A stretch of 64,000 bases of DNA from an uncultured Nitrososphaerales archaeon (GTDB lineage: Archaea; Thermoproteota; Nitrososphaeria; Nitrososphaerales; Nitrososphaeraceae). Both the position numbers and the translations under genes were made by a program. Below, piece by piece: positions 36,284 to 47,517 of the stretch (its first letter is position 1; each line of letters opens with the position of its first letter). The stretch spans positions 96,001 through 160,000 of the forward strand of contig CAVQMO010000005.1 in the NCBI GenBank assembly GCA_963713605.1, given 5' to 3'. Below the pieces are notes generated by a model that ran no database searches, was not told the DNA's origin, and saw only the letters and a list, made by a program, of their open reading frames with translations.

Positions 36284-36733
36284 TTAAGAGATTGCACCGA
36301 TCCCATGTCCTATGTACCCATTGCTTGTTGCTTCTATTGAATAGCCCTGGGAAATTAATGTCTCAATACAGCCTTCTTGCTGCTGCTTTTTCTCCAAGGA
36401 TAAAGAAATCGCTGCGCTTCCCTCTTGGTCTGTGGTATTTGCTATAGTGCCAGCTAAGGGTGTATTGAACTCGACCAGTGCATCAGGGATAGATCTCATT
36501 GTCATATTATCCCACACCGAAACTAATACAAAGTATGAGCAATTATTTAACTGATTTTTTGCCTGAATGTTATGCTCAATTTTCAATCCTTGCTCAGCGT
36601 GTGCTAAGGGAAATAGATCTGCATTTGAATGGAAATTAGCGAATATTATAGCAAGAATACAGGTGCTCACTATGACGGTAATCTCGACAAGAATCTTTTC
36701 GATATGAAGTGCTCCATTGGGTTTAAGATACAT
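36284..36733 (-). CDS. secreted hypothetical protein (carboxypeptidase-regulatory/Ig-like)
   Basis: Signal-like N-terminus; IPDALV...TTDQEG.A...YSIEATSNGY pattern. Confidence 0.55.
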   Translation of the reverse strand: MYLKPNGALHIEKILVEITVIVSTCILAIIFANFHSNADLFPLAHAEQGLKIEHNIQAKNQLNNCSYFVLVSVWDNMTMRSIPDALVEFNTPLAGTIANTTDQEGSAAISLSLEKKQQQEGCIETLISQGYSIEATSNGYIGHGIGAIS

Positions 36734-37127
36734 TTAACTCAATACTAGTCGGAATCTTTATAAAAACTGACGTGAGTGATAATTAGAAGAAAAGAAGTTA
36801 ATCCTAAATCAATAGTATTCTTCCTACCTAGATCTAAATGGTGATTCCAAACATTGGTAAGGATGATAGTTCATAATCTAGTGCGAATTTCGGGTCACAC
36901 CGGATCATTCCATAACAAACCCTAAATCGATGAAACGACATCATATCTCCAATGGAAGGAAGAAACAAACAATTGTTCCATGACTTCTTTAAGAATAAAA
37001 ACACAGATAAGGACATCATGTCCTCCGTCTTAAGCTAATTAATTTTGCCTATCCTCAAGTTATACTACGGTGCATGCTTGGAAAGGGTAAATGGTTATCA
37101 ATATGCATATTATACATATATGTTGTC

Positions 37128-37275
37128 ATGTTTGCAAAGGCTCGCTGCCAGATTGTGCAACGATCAGGTAAGGTTTGCATTGCGACATCTGAGGACCAAG
37201 CATCCAGAAGTTTTAAGCGACAAGGACGTAGTTAGGCTTAATATGCCGCAGATCATGAAAAGATTCTTCGTTTAA
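37128..37275 (+). CDS. C2H2-type zinc-finger microprotein (one extra base near 37149)
   Basis: MFAKARC/RLCNDQVRFALRHLRTKHPEVLSDKDVVRLNMPQIMKRFFV*. Confidence 0.6.
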
Positions 37276-37950
37276 CGTATTTACCGATGAATGTTTCTCG
37301 CAATTTGCTACAGCCATCTACACTCGTGTTTATGAATGCTTCGTTTGGCCGGATCCACACGTGACAGCGTCGTGTCTACTATCAGGATTGGTTCTTGAAT
37401 TTAACGATGTGAAATCTAAGATGTCTCTGCCAGTAGTATTTGCTAAATTCAAATCATACTACCTGAGTAATTAGATACTGTCAAATTTAATCTAGTCATT
37501 AAAAACTCAACGGAAATGATACTACACATCGGTCTAAGAATCAAACTCCTCTTAGCTTTCGAAGGTTGATTAATTAGACTTGTGCCATGCCCGACACTGG
37601 AGATAGTCTCCTATCCTGTGGCGGAGCTGGTCAGGCTCATTCGGGGATGACATAGGTACAGTGTGTACGCAGCAAAAAGTAATGATTTTCCTAATAATAC
37701 TATCACATTATCAGAAAGATTTCTTTATAATAATTATTATGTAGACTCGACTGACCTTAAATCGTCCGTCGATTGAATGAATTCATTCGATTCAAGGCCC
37801 GATGAGTAACGGATTAAACCTAATATCAGACTGAAATGTCATTGCAATGACATCCTAAAAGCATAAATATATTCCATAGAAGAATTCTGACATTAAAGTA
37901 ATAGCCAGATCTCACAATCTCAGATAAACAAGAATAATTAACTGGTTCTC

Positions 37951-38623
37951 ATGACGAGACTGAAGGGTATTTGTTCGTTTCAAATTATCTTGTTCATAGT
38001 ATCATTATCTTTAGTTGCGATATTGATTTCATTCACTACCGTCGAGGAAGTAAGTGCGAGCAGTAGACTGGATTTGAATAGGAGATCTATTGACATTGAT
38101 ATTGATATTTGTATAAGGTGTGATTCGCCTGTTCCTGGCCCACCTGGTCCTCAAGGTCCTGCTGGCGAAGAGGGACCAACAGGACCCCAAGGTGAGACAG
38201 GCGCTACAGGACCCGCGGGAACAACGGGACCGCAGGGACCCCAGGGTGCGACAGGTGCGGACGAGGCCGCTACAGGATCACGCAGGACCGCAAGGACCCC
38301 AGGGTGAGATAGGTGCTACTGGACCAGCAGGACCTGATAAAATTTTAGAAAAGAGGCAGGCCGTATCTCAATCTCCTCCTGGCAGTATCCCTATTGTCCA
38401 ACCAGGAGGAACATTTACAGCCAATGCTGAATGCAATTCTGATGAGATAGTTACGGGTGGTGGATATTCTATCTCCTCCGGAGGACTCATAAGTGTTGCG
38501 TTCCAAGGAGAAACGGTCACGGATTCTATCCCTGCGTGGACTGTAACGGGTACAAATATAGGTGATACTCTATTCGTGTATCAAGCATTTGCAGAATGCG
38601 TAAAACTAGTCGACGCACCCTGA
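37951..38623 (+). CDS. secreted collagen-like (Gly-X-Y) protein (indels near 38255-38285)
   Basis: Signal peptide, about 20 GXY triplets ([19 protein letters not shown]...), C-terminal [14 protein letters not shown]...AFAEC domain. Confidence 0.85.
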
Positions 38624-38662
38624 CTCGACCATCCTCTCTCCTTTTCTTTAAATTTTCTAGTC

Positions 38663-38782
38663 TTAATGCCAGAACATTAGACTCAATCTGAAAGCATCAA
38701 AGCATTCATCATGTGAAGTTGTTTCCTTATCCAATGATCCCGTTCCATCTTCAACCTCTGTTCTAAGCGCAGTGATTAGCTT
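38663..38782 (-). mobile_element. terminase-large-subunit-like 3' fragment, copy D
   Basis: KLITALRTEVEDGTGSLDKETTSHDECFDAFRLSLMFWH*. Confidence 0.7.
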
Positions 38783-38794
38783 CGGATGCCTACA

Positions 38795-39438
38795 CTACCC
38801 AATGAGAAACGCTTGTGCTAGGATATATATTCCAAGTCCGATGAGCACAAATGGCATCACTACATGTCCTATACGGCGTATTCTCGAAGCAATCAATGGG
38901 TGATTTACAAGATAATATGCTGCTATACACCATACCGCAGTTATTAACATAAAAACTACTATTAGTGTAGTAACTTGACCTATAGAGTTATACTGTGCGA
39001 ACATAGGAGTATAGACCCCAATGTTGTCACCTCCATTTGAAAAAGTTACAGCAGCAACAGCCAGAAAAGGTAGATACTGTTTGTTCCTTCTTCTTCTATT
39101 GTTGCTCTCTTTTTGCTGCATCCATCGAAGGAGGGGCAGATGCCCTTTCTCCTTTGATTATGATCTGAACTAGTCTGCTAGTGCCTATTGCTATCGGCAC
39201 TATGCCTAGTAACCCTATGATATATGGCGGAACTATTAGTGAGATAAGCGAACCAAGTGCACTTATAGCGATAAGCAAATATTCCGATATACTGACCCAA
39301 TACTATCTGTCTAGTTGGAAAGGTCATGGAAGAAGAACAGGAAGAAGAAAAGAACATCATAAGCACAAAAATATCGTCAATATTAGTAGCAACGAAGGCT
39401 GAGATACCTATTGCTATTAGACTCATAAGGTCTGTCAA
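38795..39438 (-). CDS. cadD: cadmium resistance transporter CadD family (two frameshifts)
   Basis: AFVATNIDDIFVL, IVLGQYIG, IIGLLGIVPIAIG, VTFSNGGDNIGVYTP, PFVLIGLGIYIL. Confidence 0.88.
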
Positions 39439-39535
39439 CTCTCACTAACTCTTCTTCCTGTATTCTACAAGAGTCTTAAGTATGGCTAATGCGAGAATAA
39501 AAGTGATAACCTGAAAACATCAAACAAATCATCGT

Positions 39536-39862
39536 GTGAGGTTGCTTCTTTGTCTAAAGACCCTTCGCCATTCTCTTCTCCGTAGTATTTTTAAGCGAAA
39601 TCGGCCAGGTACAACTGAAAAATTGAATGCTGAGGAAGCCAAGGCATTGTTGAAAGAGAGAGGTATATCAGTTATGAATGTGCCTCACGGCTATATGGTA
39701 AAAGTATCCAAAAGGGAAGGCAGTCCGTCACGCCGTATCGATTTGGATGAAATGAATGCGATCCTGGCATTAGGCATGATTAGACTGCTTGCAGTTGAGG
39801 ACACTGTTGGAGACATCCTTATCGAAGTACTAAATAGATTAATGCCAGAACATCAAAGATAA
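39536..39862 (+). CDS. hypothetical protein (its 3' end overlaps terminase-like copy E on the other strand)
   Basis: 108-aa ORF; no firm domain. Confidence 0.35.
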   Translation: MRLLLCLKTLRHSLLRSIFKRNRPGTTEKLNAEEAKALLKERGISVMNVPHGYMVKVSKREGSPSRRIDLDEMNAILALGMIRLLAVEDTVGDILIEVLNRLMPEHQR

Positions 39863-39940
39863 TCTAAACACGTCCATTAGATCATCATGGCTAATTGCTT
39901 CCTTGTCTAATGAGCCTTCTCCATTACCAAACGCTGTCTG
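39839..39940 (-). mobile_element. terminase-large-subunit-like 3' fragment, copy E
   Basis: QTAFGNGEGSLDKEAISHDDLMDVFRLSLMFWH*. Confidence 0.7.
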
Positions 39941-40162
39941 ACCAAAGAGAAGACTAATAATCTAGGCTTTTGATTTGGTTCATTAAGATAGTGGATAATC
40001 AAGAAATATGCGCTGGCCTAGATAACCATTGGGGAGGCTACCGTGTTACTTGATATAGGCAGAGCCCACGACGGTCTAACCTTGCTTGGTTCTGGCATTT
40101 TACGCTCAGGATTTAGTTATCTTGAACTAGTAACAGTCGTTAGTTACGCCGGTGCGTATCTG

Positions 40163-40454
40163 TTAGGTGTAAGAACGGTTAAACTTGTGAACTGGACTAC
40201 GTCGTACAATTGTGTATGCCTTGTATTTTCTTGTCGCGTTATAGATTCCATACTTATCTTGTCTCATCCATCCGATGTCTTTAAGGAAATTAGCAATTCC
40301 AGAAATTAATTTTGTATCATTGTCAAAGTCCATGGATATCCCCTCTATAGTCTCATGCTTGTTTACTAGACGGTCTAGTACGTTTCTTGCTAACGCCAGG
40401 CCAGAAAGTTGTTTATTATCAGTAGTTCCTACAGGTTGTGTCGAGGAAATTCAT
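40163..40454 (-). CDS. small winged-helix-like hypothetical protein (start obscured by an indel; not in ORF track)
   Basis: 95-codon open frame ISSTQP...LARNVLDRLVNKHETIEGISMDFDND..LISGIANFLKDIGWMRQDKYGIYNATRK...*. Confidence 0.5.
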
Positions 40455-40554
40455 CTTACCCACCATTGTAATGATATACAGCCTACCTTTTCTCTCCTGA
40501 TATCTTATGATAGTACTCTTTCTTATAGTTGCCTGTTTGATATCATTGTTAGGA

Positions 40555-40685
40555 GGAAACGAAAGATAGGACGACCGCGAGGGCTAGACCATTGGTCGTC
40601 CTATCCTATTTGTCAATGCATTCTGTTACGACGTCAGTCAGGTGCCATTATCATGAATAAAAGGTATTCCGGAACATGGTTACCC
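40555..40685 (-). ncRNA. putative promoter+hairpin small RNA unit, copy 1
   Basis: GTAACCATGTTCCGGAA-TACC-TTTTAT promoter-like motif, then a perfect 12-bp stem GATAGGACGACC/GGTCGTCCTATC (40565-40605) and a T-rich tail on the minus strand. Confidence 0.4.
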
Positions 40686-40756
40686 GTGATTTATAATAAA
40701 AACAGACCTAATTGCGTAACAAGCAAGAATTGTTACACAATTAGGTAATTATTATT

Positions 40757-40869
40757 CAAAAGAAAGATAGGTTAGAGCGCGATTGCCGTCCTACCTGTCA
40801 ATGCACGATATCCCACTTTACATTGCGCTTTATAGTAATAAATAAAAGACATTCCGGAACTTGATTACC
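40757..40869 (-). ncRNA. putative promoter+hairpin small RNA unit, copy 2
   Basis: Diverged duplicate of copy 1: GTAATCAAGTTCCGGAA..TTTTAT...GCATTGACA.GTAGG...CCTATCTTTCTTTT. Confidence 0.35.
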
Positions 40870-41539
40870 TTTATTTCTAGAAAAGGTAGTACGACCAGGG
40901 AATTTGGTAACAAAAACTTAGCGGTACTACCCTATTCTTTATGCTTGCTTTTGGAGTAGTTCGTCCCGCCTTCAGAATATTTTCATGGGAGGCATTATCT
41001 TTGGTTTTTTTACCTCATCGTATTCTCCATCGGTCTGTATCTTCGGCAAGAATTACGCCATGGTAGGACAATATGATTTGGTAACACTTCAAAGAGTAGC
41101 CTAGGCTACTCCCCTTTATTTATATAGAAAGGCCCCCTTATTCGACGGTTTGCTACTGCGTCTGCTCTGGCTGTTGTTGCCTCTGTCGCTGCTGTTGGTA
41201 GGGAACCAGATACTTCTTGGTAAAGTCTTCGATGAGTAGCTTAGATTGTCGACTCGAGCAGTTTGTTACCATTTTATCTTGCATCTAATTATTTTCCCGT
41301 TTGTCAAGGGCATCAAATCGTCCTCGTTGGTCTATAAATAACGCTAGATATCGCTGTCCTCGCTTTGAAATTCGATACTGGTAGGGCCCTGTAAATTCAT
41401 CTGAATATTGCCAAAGCAAGAATTGTTTCTTACTAATTCATTCAGACATTGGTTAACACAAGCACGTGACCGACTTGGTAGCCTGTGAGCGATCTCTACT
41501 GGAGGTAATTCTGTGAAGAGAGTGAATTGAGTAAATTCA

Positions 41540-41866
41540 TCAGTTTTTGTAGGTGAGAGTATCGTCAAAATCTGTTGATAGGTCTCCATTTTGTAAGGCA
41601 TCATTCTTATTACTATTTTTATTTTTAACCAGTATATGACCCCATGGGGTGCTAACTCCATCATCGTTCCTATGCTTTTCACAAAAATAGACAATGAATG
41701 TGAAAGGCCGATCCATCATATCTCTAACTGTGATCTCCTTTTCATACTTCGCTTCTTGTTGACAATCGATTACATCACAAGTAATATCGAATAGCATTCG
41801 GTTTAATTTAGGACTAGAACGCGGACGAGTAGGAGGGGCGGCGGGTGAAGACATTGCTAGCCTCAA
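41540..41866 (-). CDS. hypothetical protein with zinc-finger-like motif
   Basis: CDVIDCQQEA...YFCEKH. Confidence 0.5.
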   Translation of the reverse strand: MRLAMSSPAAPPTRPRSSPKLNRMLFDITCDVIDCQQEAKYEKEITVRDMMDRPFTFIVYFCEKHRNDDGVSTPWGHILVKNKNSNKNDALQNGDLSTDFDDTLTYKN

Positions 41867-42137
41867 CCACGAAATAAGTTATTTCACAATTTGATACTGT
41901 ATCGAAGATAAATTAGTACCTGAATTTACTAGTGGAAGAATAATAAACTCATTCTGAATGCCGATCATACCATTTCCTGGGCCTTGGTGGGATTGATGGG
42001 CTTCCTACTTTCATAAATTAGCGGACAGGTTTGGTTAATCCAACCTATCTGCACGATAAAGACTCTTGTTACCCTTATTAGATTTCGACGTGAATATTCA
42101 AAGGATCAACTTATAGATTTATGGTTGCGCTTAATGA

Positions 42138-42188
42138 TTAATGCCAGAAGATTAGACTCATTCGAAATGCATCGAGCAAATCATCATG
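42138..42188 (-). repeat. terminase-like 3' fragment, copy F
   Basis: HDDLLDAFRMSLIFWH*. Confidence 0.65.
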
Positions 42189-43367
42189 ATTCGCAGCATA
42201 GATCCTGCTTCGAGAAGAGATCTATGATTTAATATATAGACTGATAGGCCAGAACTTAAACGAAATCTGTCGGTCTTATTGTCAGATTGAAAGGAACTAG
42301 TTTGATGGCCATCATTATAGTAACTGTTGCTTCTTTAGCCCTTTTACTGGTGCTACTTCCTACCCTGTGGCAAACGCAAAGTATTCAAACAGATCATATA
42401 TAATAAAAATGGATTGATAAGCAGACAACCAGTATGTATGCGATCAGAAACCTGGTTGCCTGACCTATTATTCTTTATGCTTGAAAGTGAGGTTCTTTGA
42501 GTGACTTAAAGGCCTCAACTGCCTGCGACTATATGCACAATATAATATAAAAGTAGATAGAGAAGGACAGCCTACGTGCAAGAATTTAGGAAGGGTGTAG
42601 GCGCCCTTCTCCCCTTGCGAACTGACTGCTTGGATTTAACAATTCTTGATTAACTTCGTCAAGTGACAATTTTATGCTAAGCATAGCTCAATCAATAAAA
42701 TGATTAGCAAGGCTAGGGGGAATCTCTAACCAAACCCCCATACCTAACACTCAAAATGAATACATCAGACTAGGTGTATAGATAGTTAAATAGACCTGCT
42801 TAAGGTCTTTTAATTGTAAAACTTCGAAAAATAGGATTATTGGGATATTTGATTAGTTATTGCCTTAATCATGACATGACATAGCAGTAAAAGTAAAAAA
42901 GTAAATGGAAGATTACTTTGTTATTTATTCCTCTACCTCGGTAACAGTGACCTTAAACTCGGTTAATCCCCAGTTCTTATTCATAACGAATAAACAGTGA
43001 GTCATTCCCTGGGGTTTCCTCTTTGGTATATAGGTTATACTGCGGTGCTGAGTGATCTTCAAATGGCATTTCCTAATTATGGCCTCCAAATGAACCAAAT
43101 GATAACATTAGGTTACAAATTGCCACTGGTCTTCTTCATATGTTACTTTCTGCTGTCCACCATGGAATAGGTCTTTCTTTACTTCGCGAACCAAATACTT
43201 AGGAATTCGTTTTTCCAGGACACTTGGACGTACTTGTTTTCGTTTTCATTATATAATATCATAGTGTTTCGTTTTGCGTTACCAAATTGATATATTAACT
43301 ATGTCACTGGTTGGATTTTCATTTTGAGTTGCTGATAAGGTTTATACGGTTCTATGGAGACATAAGT

Positions 43368-43491
43368 GTAACCAAATTCCGGAAAGCATTTTAATCTTTA
43401 TACCTCAATCGAACAACATACTAGCATACAGTGGATAGGGCAGGGCAATAACCTGGTCTCCATATTGCCTTGGCTTGGCTAACCCCTATCC
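43368..43491 (+). ncRNA. putative promoter+hairpin small RNA unit, copy 3
   Basis: GTAACCAAATTCCGGAA-AGCA-TTTTAATCTTTATA then nested stems GGATAGGG/CCCTATCC and GGCAATA/TATTGCC. Confidence 0.35.
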
Positions 43492-43644
43492 CGTGAATGT
43501 ATTTAGTATAGTCGACTCTATATAATCTTCAAATATTTTGTCTACCACAACTATACAAAGTTTTTTAGGACCCCTCGCTTTAGAGATAGTTTTCAATGAC
43601 GATAGGAAGACAAAAATAGATGAAAACGGCTAAGGAGGGCAGTT

Positions 43645-43782
43645 TTGCAAAGAAAAAGTGTAACGTGTACTTTTTGTGGAAATAGTGATGGGTATAACCA
43701 GGTTCGACTGGCTGGTGGTTGGGTATACCTATGTGCATGTTGTAAGAAGGAATTGGAATTAACGAATCAGGTTATCTCTTAG
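43645..43782 (+). CDS. 45-aa CxxC...CxxC zinc-ribbon microprotein
   Basis: TTG start; MQRKSVTCTFCGNSDGYNQVRLAGGWVYLCACCKKELELTNQVIS*. Confidence 0.55.
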   Translation: MQRKSVTCTFCGNSDGYNQVRLAGGWVYLCACCKKELELTNQVIS

Positions 43783-44050
43783 TTATCCAAGACCAGACAA
43801 GTGTAAGTGCAGTGGAGAATAATATCCCCCCTTTGCGGTCACGATTGCAAAGGGTATCATTGATTAGTATCTGACAAAGAACCAGTCTGACACTAAAGGC
43901 GAAGAATAAGGCGCCATTACGTAATACTATTTCTATGTTTGTAGTGAAACAATGGAAGTTACAACCGGGTGACGAATCAGAATGATCGTTCGAGGTATCT
44001 AAAGACGGAGACTTGGTATTAGTAGCGATAAAGATTAAACTAAGAAGTAA

Positions 44051-44176
44051 TTACTTTACATGTTTATGATTTAGTTTGTGCGTTACGCAGTATTTTTTAT
44101 CTGTGTTACAATCTTCACATTCTTCTGTGGCCATAAAAGTGCAGGCAAATTTACTGCACGTGTTACCCTCTGACAT
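44051..44176 (-). CDS. 41-aa AN1/B-box-like zinc-finger microprotein
   Basis: MSEGNTCSKFACTFMATEECEDCNTDKKYCVTHKLNHKHVK*; CTTTATAA box ~25 nt upstream. Confidence 0.72.
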   Translation of the reverse strand: MSEGNTCSKFACTFMATEECEDCNTDKKYCVTHKLNHKHVK

Positions 44177-44243
44177 TTACTCATTCAATCCTTTGTTGAC
44201 TTATAAAGTTAAAGTTAGAAGACGTTATATTATGATATGACAG

Positions 44244-44366
44244 TTATTGGTTCTTTCTATGCGTAGACGCATGTTCCTTAATATGGACTCCGCATAAATA
44301 TTGATTGCACTCTTGACATTGTTGAACACATACCCTTTGACAGACACTACAAATTCCTTGGGACAA
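44244..44366 (-). CDS. 40-aa B-box-like zinc-finger microprotein
   Basis: TTG start; MSQGICSVCQRVCVQQCQECNQYLCGVHIKEHASTHRKNQ*; CTTTATAAAG ~25 nt upstream. Confidence 0.72.
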   Translation of the reverse strand: MSQGICSVCQRVCVQQCQECNQYLCGVHIKEHASTHRKNQ

Positions 44367-44390
44367 TTCATTACCCAATGTGTTTGTCTA

Positions 44391-44612
<222 letters not shown>

Positions 44613-45727
44613 CTATCATAAGGCTACTCACTAGTGCAAAAATCACGGCAAACCAAATATTGTTTAAAGATAGTTTGCGGTAATCTGACAACTTTGTCAT
44701 TCACTGAATACCCCCTCTTTATAGTTTTTAATTACTTACCTATGGAAACCAATTACAGAAGTATCTATGGAAAAATCATATGTGGTTTCGTTTTACCCAA
44801 ATTTTTGATATGCCGTAAAACTAATCATTTTCCCAAAAGGGGTAGTAGGAGCACAAAATAATTGAATCAAGTCATTAAAGCCTAGGGATAATATTCACAG
44901 CGGCAGGAAAAAATGTTCTGGAGAAGATCATGTAAAAATCTTATATAAAGAGACTCAGTAATATTTCTCCAGAGTGCGAAGATGACCATCGGATGAGATG
45001 GATTTGCATTCACTGTAATAGCATAATGGACTGCACAAACTTTACGGAGTTCATAAAGCAAAGCGACAACAACAAAAACAGCAATCAAGAAGTGAAAGTA
45101 GAATATCACGCTTGGCGACTACTTGCAGACTAGAGTAATGCCCAAACTGTCGCGTCTCCCTGGACACAGCCAATTTATTGCCATGTTTATAGAGACAGAG
45201 TAGCTGTTGATTTTCTTAGAAAGCCTAAGAAGAGTACTCTAATTACAATTCCTTATGACTCTTTATGACTCTGACAGAAATGTCAAGTTTAGATGGAGGA
45301 AAAAAGCAGATTGGAATCGTGCCGCCCCGTTGGCGGTTATTGCATTACCTCTAGTACTCGCCGAAGGGTTTATGTAAAGACAGGCGGTAATTACAGTCAT
45401 CAAATATGAAGATTCTAATTCACAGGAACAAACGGTAGTAATAGATTTCCTAGTCGATGTAGGATCGGCACAACCACCCATATATACAAAATTCTTAGAG
45501 GCACAGGTAAGGAAACAGGACAAAGCCTACCCTACCTAGAAGTTCATTTCTCAGCAATTAAAAATTAAAGAGGGAAATCCAAGTCAGTCTATGAAACTGC
45601 TTGTGTCACTATCTCTCGCTCGACAGTAGTCCCTTATTATATGAATCTGCATTGGATCGTCTGAGGTCCGAGTACAAAAAAGTCTGGGAGTCTCACAAAG
45701 GAGGTCTCTGGTAATTATCCATGAAAT

Positions 45728-46133
45728 CTACGCGGAATATCCGGTGCTGATATGAAGCACGATACAGTCCCTCTTAAATCTCCAGGAGCAGTAACAGTAC
45801 ATTGTTATAATAATCCCCTGACCCTGGCAACTTTCTACCGTTACATGAAACGGTCCCGCAGGTGATTCTTTTACTTGCTCCTCCTCTTCATTAAACTTTG
45901 AAATCTGTAGGGTAGTAGGTGAGTTGGCTGTACCGGCATCCTGTGTTTGTGGGCTGGTTTTTACCACAGTTGGTACCAGTATCACAGTAAATACCATTTC
46001 CTTGTGACTGAGTAATGGTATTGGCGTATTTGGCGTTTGCATAATTTGTAATGCCGATGCCACCTGATAATAGTGGTAAACCCGAAGTTAAGACTAAAAC
46101 TACTGCAAATATCGAAATATATTTAATTTTCAC
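45728..46133 (-). pseudogene. secreted protein fragment (frameshifted/truncated)
   Basis: Signal peptide MKIKYISIFAVVLVL...ANAKY, CDTGTNCG, then TSPQTQ..GTANSPTTLQIS in another frame. Confidence 0.55.
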
Positions 46134-46290
46134 ATAATGCTATTACGGAATGTGTTTTCATGGACTCGTAGACATTTCATTCCCTATAAGAAATAAGTCG
46201 AATTTACCTTAGTTTTTTTCATATAACTATATATACCGTATTTATAAGCACTCGCCGCCCATAGTACAATATCAAGAATTGATAAATACA

Positions 46291-46449
46291 TTGAAGGACA
46301 ACGACACCAATAATGAAAACGCAAAGAAGAAATGTAGTTGGCTCGACTGTGATCTTCCGGCTACAGAAGAGTGTGCTTATTGCGGTAGAAAATATTGTAC
46401 AGAACACAGTGTTAGACACGAACTCGAACGGCATGGTAACAAAACCTAG
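46291..46449 (+). CDS. 52-aa AN1-like zinc-finger microprotein, paralog of 44051-44176
   Basis: TTG start; ...KCSWLDCDLPATEECAYCGRKYCTEHSVRHELERHGNKT*; shares CS...C...ATEEC..C...KYC..H...H. Confidence 0.72.
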   Translation: MKDNDTNNENAKKKCSWLDCDLPATEECAYCGRKYCTEHSVRHELERHGNKT

Positions 46450-46938
46450 TTAAATCTTGTAGCCGATCATTATTATTGGCAAAGGTGAGAGTGCAACGGA
46501 CAACCAACCTTTGAGTTAGGTTGGGTCTAATATTATGATTGTGTCTGGCACGTCATTTTTCCTCAGGAAATTTCTTGACAATGTTCTTTACATGTTTCTT
46601 ATGATTAGTATTCTGCCAACTCAAGTGAAAATCTCCAACATAAAGATCTTAATAACTAATGTAGTACATATCAGGTAATTCAAGGTAAGCCTCTTTTGCC
46701 TTGGATATATTGCTCTATCACGTTATTGAATACTTCAGGGTCGTAAGCATGTCTGTCATGTTGTTGTTGGGGAATCTGCTTGTACTGCTACTGCTGATGT
46801 TGTACGTCTGCTGTTGCTACCCCTTCGCCTTGAGTCTCATCTACTAGCACAACTAGTTCATGCGTAAACTATTATTTATTATCAATAAATCCTGATAATA
46901 CTATACATTATTATTAAGCACAAAATAAATCTTGACCA

Positions 46939-47517
46939 CTGACTACTGATCAATTTCGTCCTAGCAAGGAGGGGAAGAGATCACTCGCGATTCTATTCCT
47001 CATCCTTTTTGTTTCAATCACCTCTGCAACGATTCTGGACTGGGCCGTTCTACCTTACAATTTGCCCCCATTTGCCACATTAACAATCTGGTGGGTAATT
47101 TTTGCCATTATCACGCTTATCCTGTTATCCTACTTTCGTCACATGTTGCTCCCATTGCGGGATAGGATGAAAAACAGTAGCACTTGGCCTATGAGCGCCA
47201 AAGTGATAAACGGCATATGTTGGGCAGGTCCCTTTGCAATGATACCTATATTCCAATTTATGTATCCGTACTTGGTCCTATTGGGGATTGGGGCAGGGAA
47301 TATTTGCACCTACAGTCTGTTACGCAAATATAACCATGCGTCAAACAAGGAGCAATATTTAGTGGGCATTTTATCAATCTCATTTATACCTCTGGCATTA
47401 ATTATTAATTATACAATCCTTCACAATTTAACTGATCTTACTCCCTTGGCTTCTCGGTTATTGATAGGAATAGCCTATGGGATTGGGGGCCTTTATGCAC
47501 TATCCCTGGATCAGTGA
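46939..47517 (+). CDS. multi-pass membrane hypothetical protein
   Basis: The ORF frame stays open upstream of 47062 to a CTG at 46939, adding a TM helix; about 6 hydrophobic segments. Confidence 0.65.
   Translation: MTTDQFRPSKEGKRSLAILFLILFVSITSATILDWAVLPYNLPPFATLTIWWVIFAIITLILLSYFRHMLLPLRDRMKNSSTWPMSAKVINGICWAGPFAMIPIFQFMYPYLVLLGIGAGNICTYSLLRKYNHASNKEQYLVGILSISFIPLALIINYTILHNLTDLTPLASRLLIGIAYGIGGLYALSLDQ

Noticed and set aside
39610..39700. KLNAEEAKALLKERGI looks faintly like RNA polymerase subunit Rpo5/H
   Set aside because: The HxLVPxH and LPxI..DP motifs are absent.
40066..40100. Possible further terminase-tail copies (HDGL...WFWH here, and VFWR near 55705)
   Set aside because: Too short and degenerate, and lacking the stop codon, to distinguish from chance.
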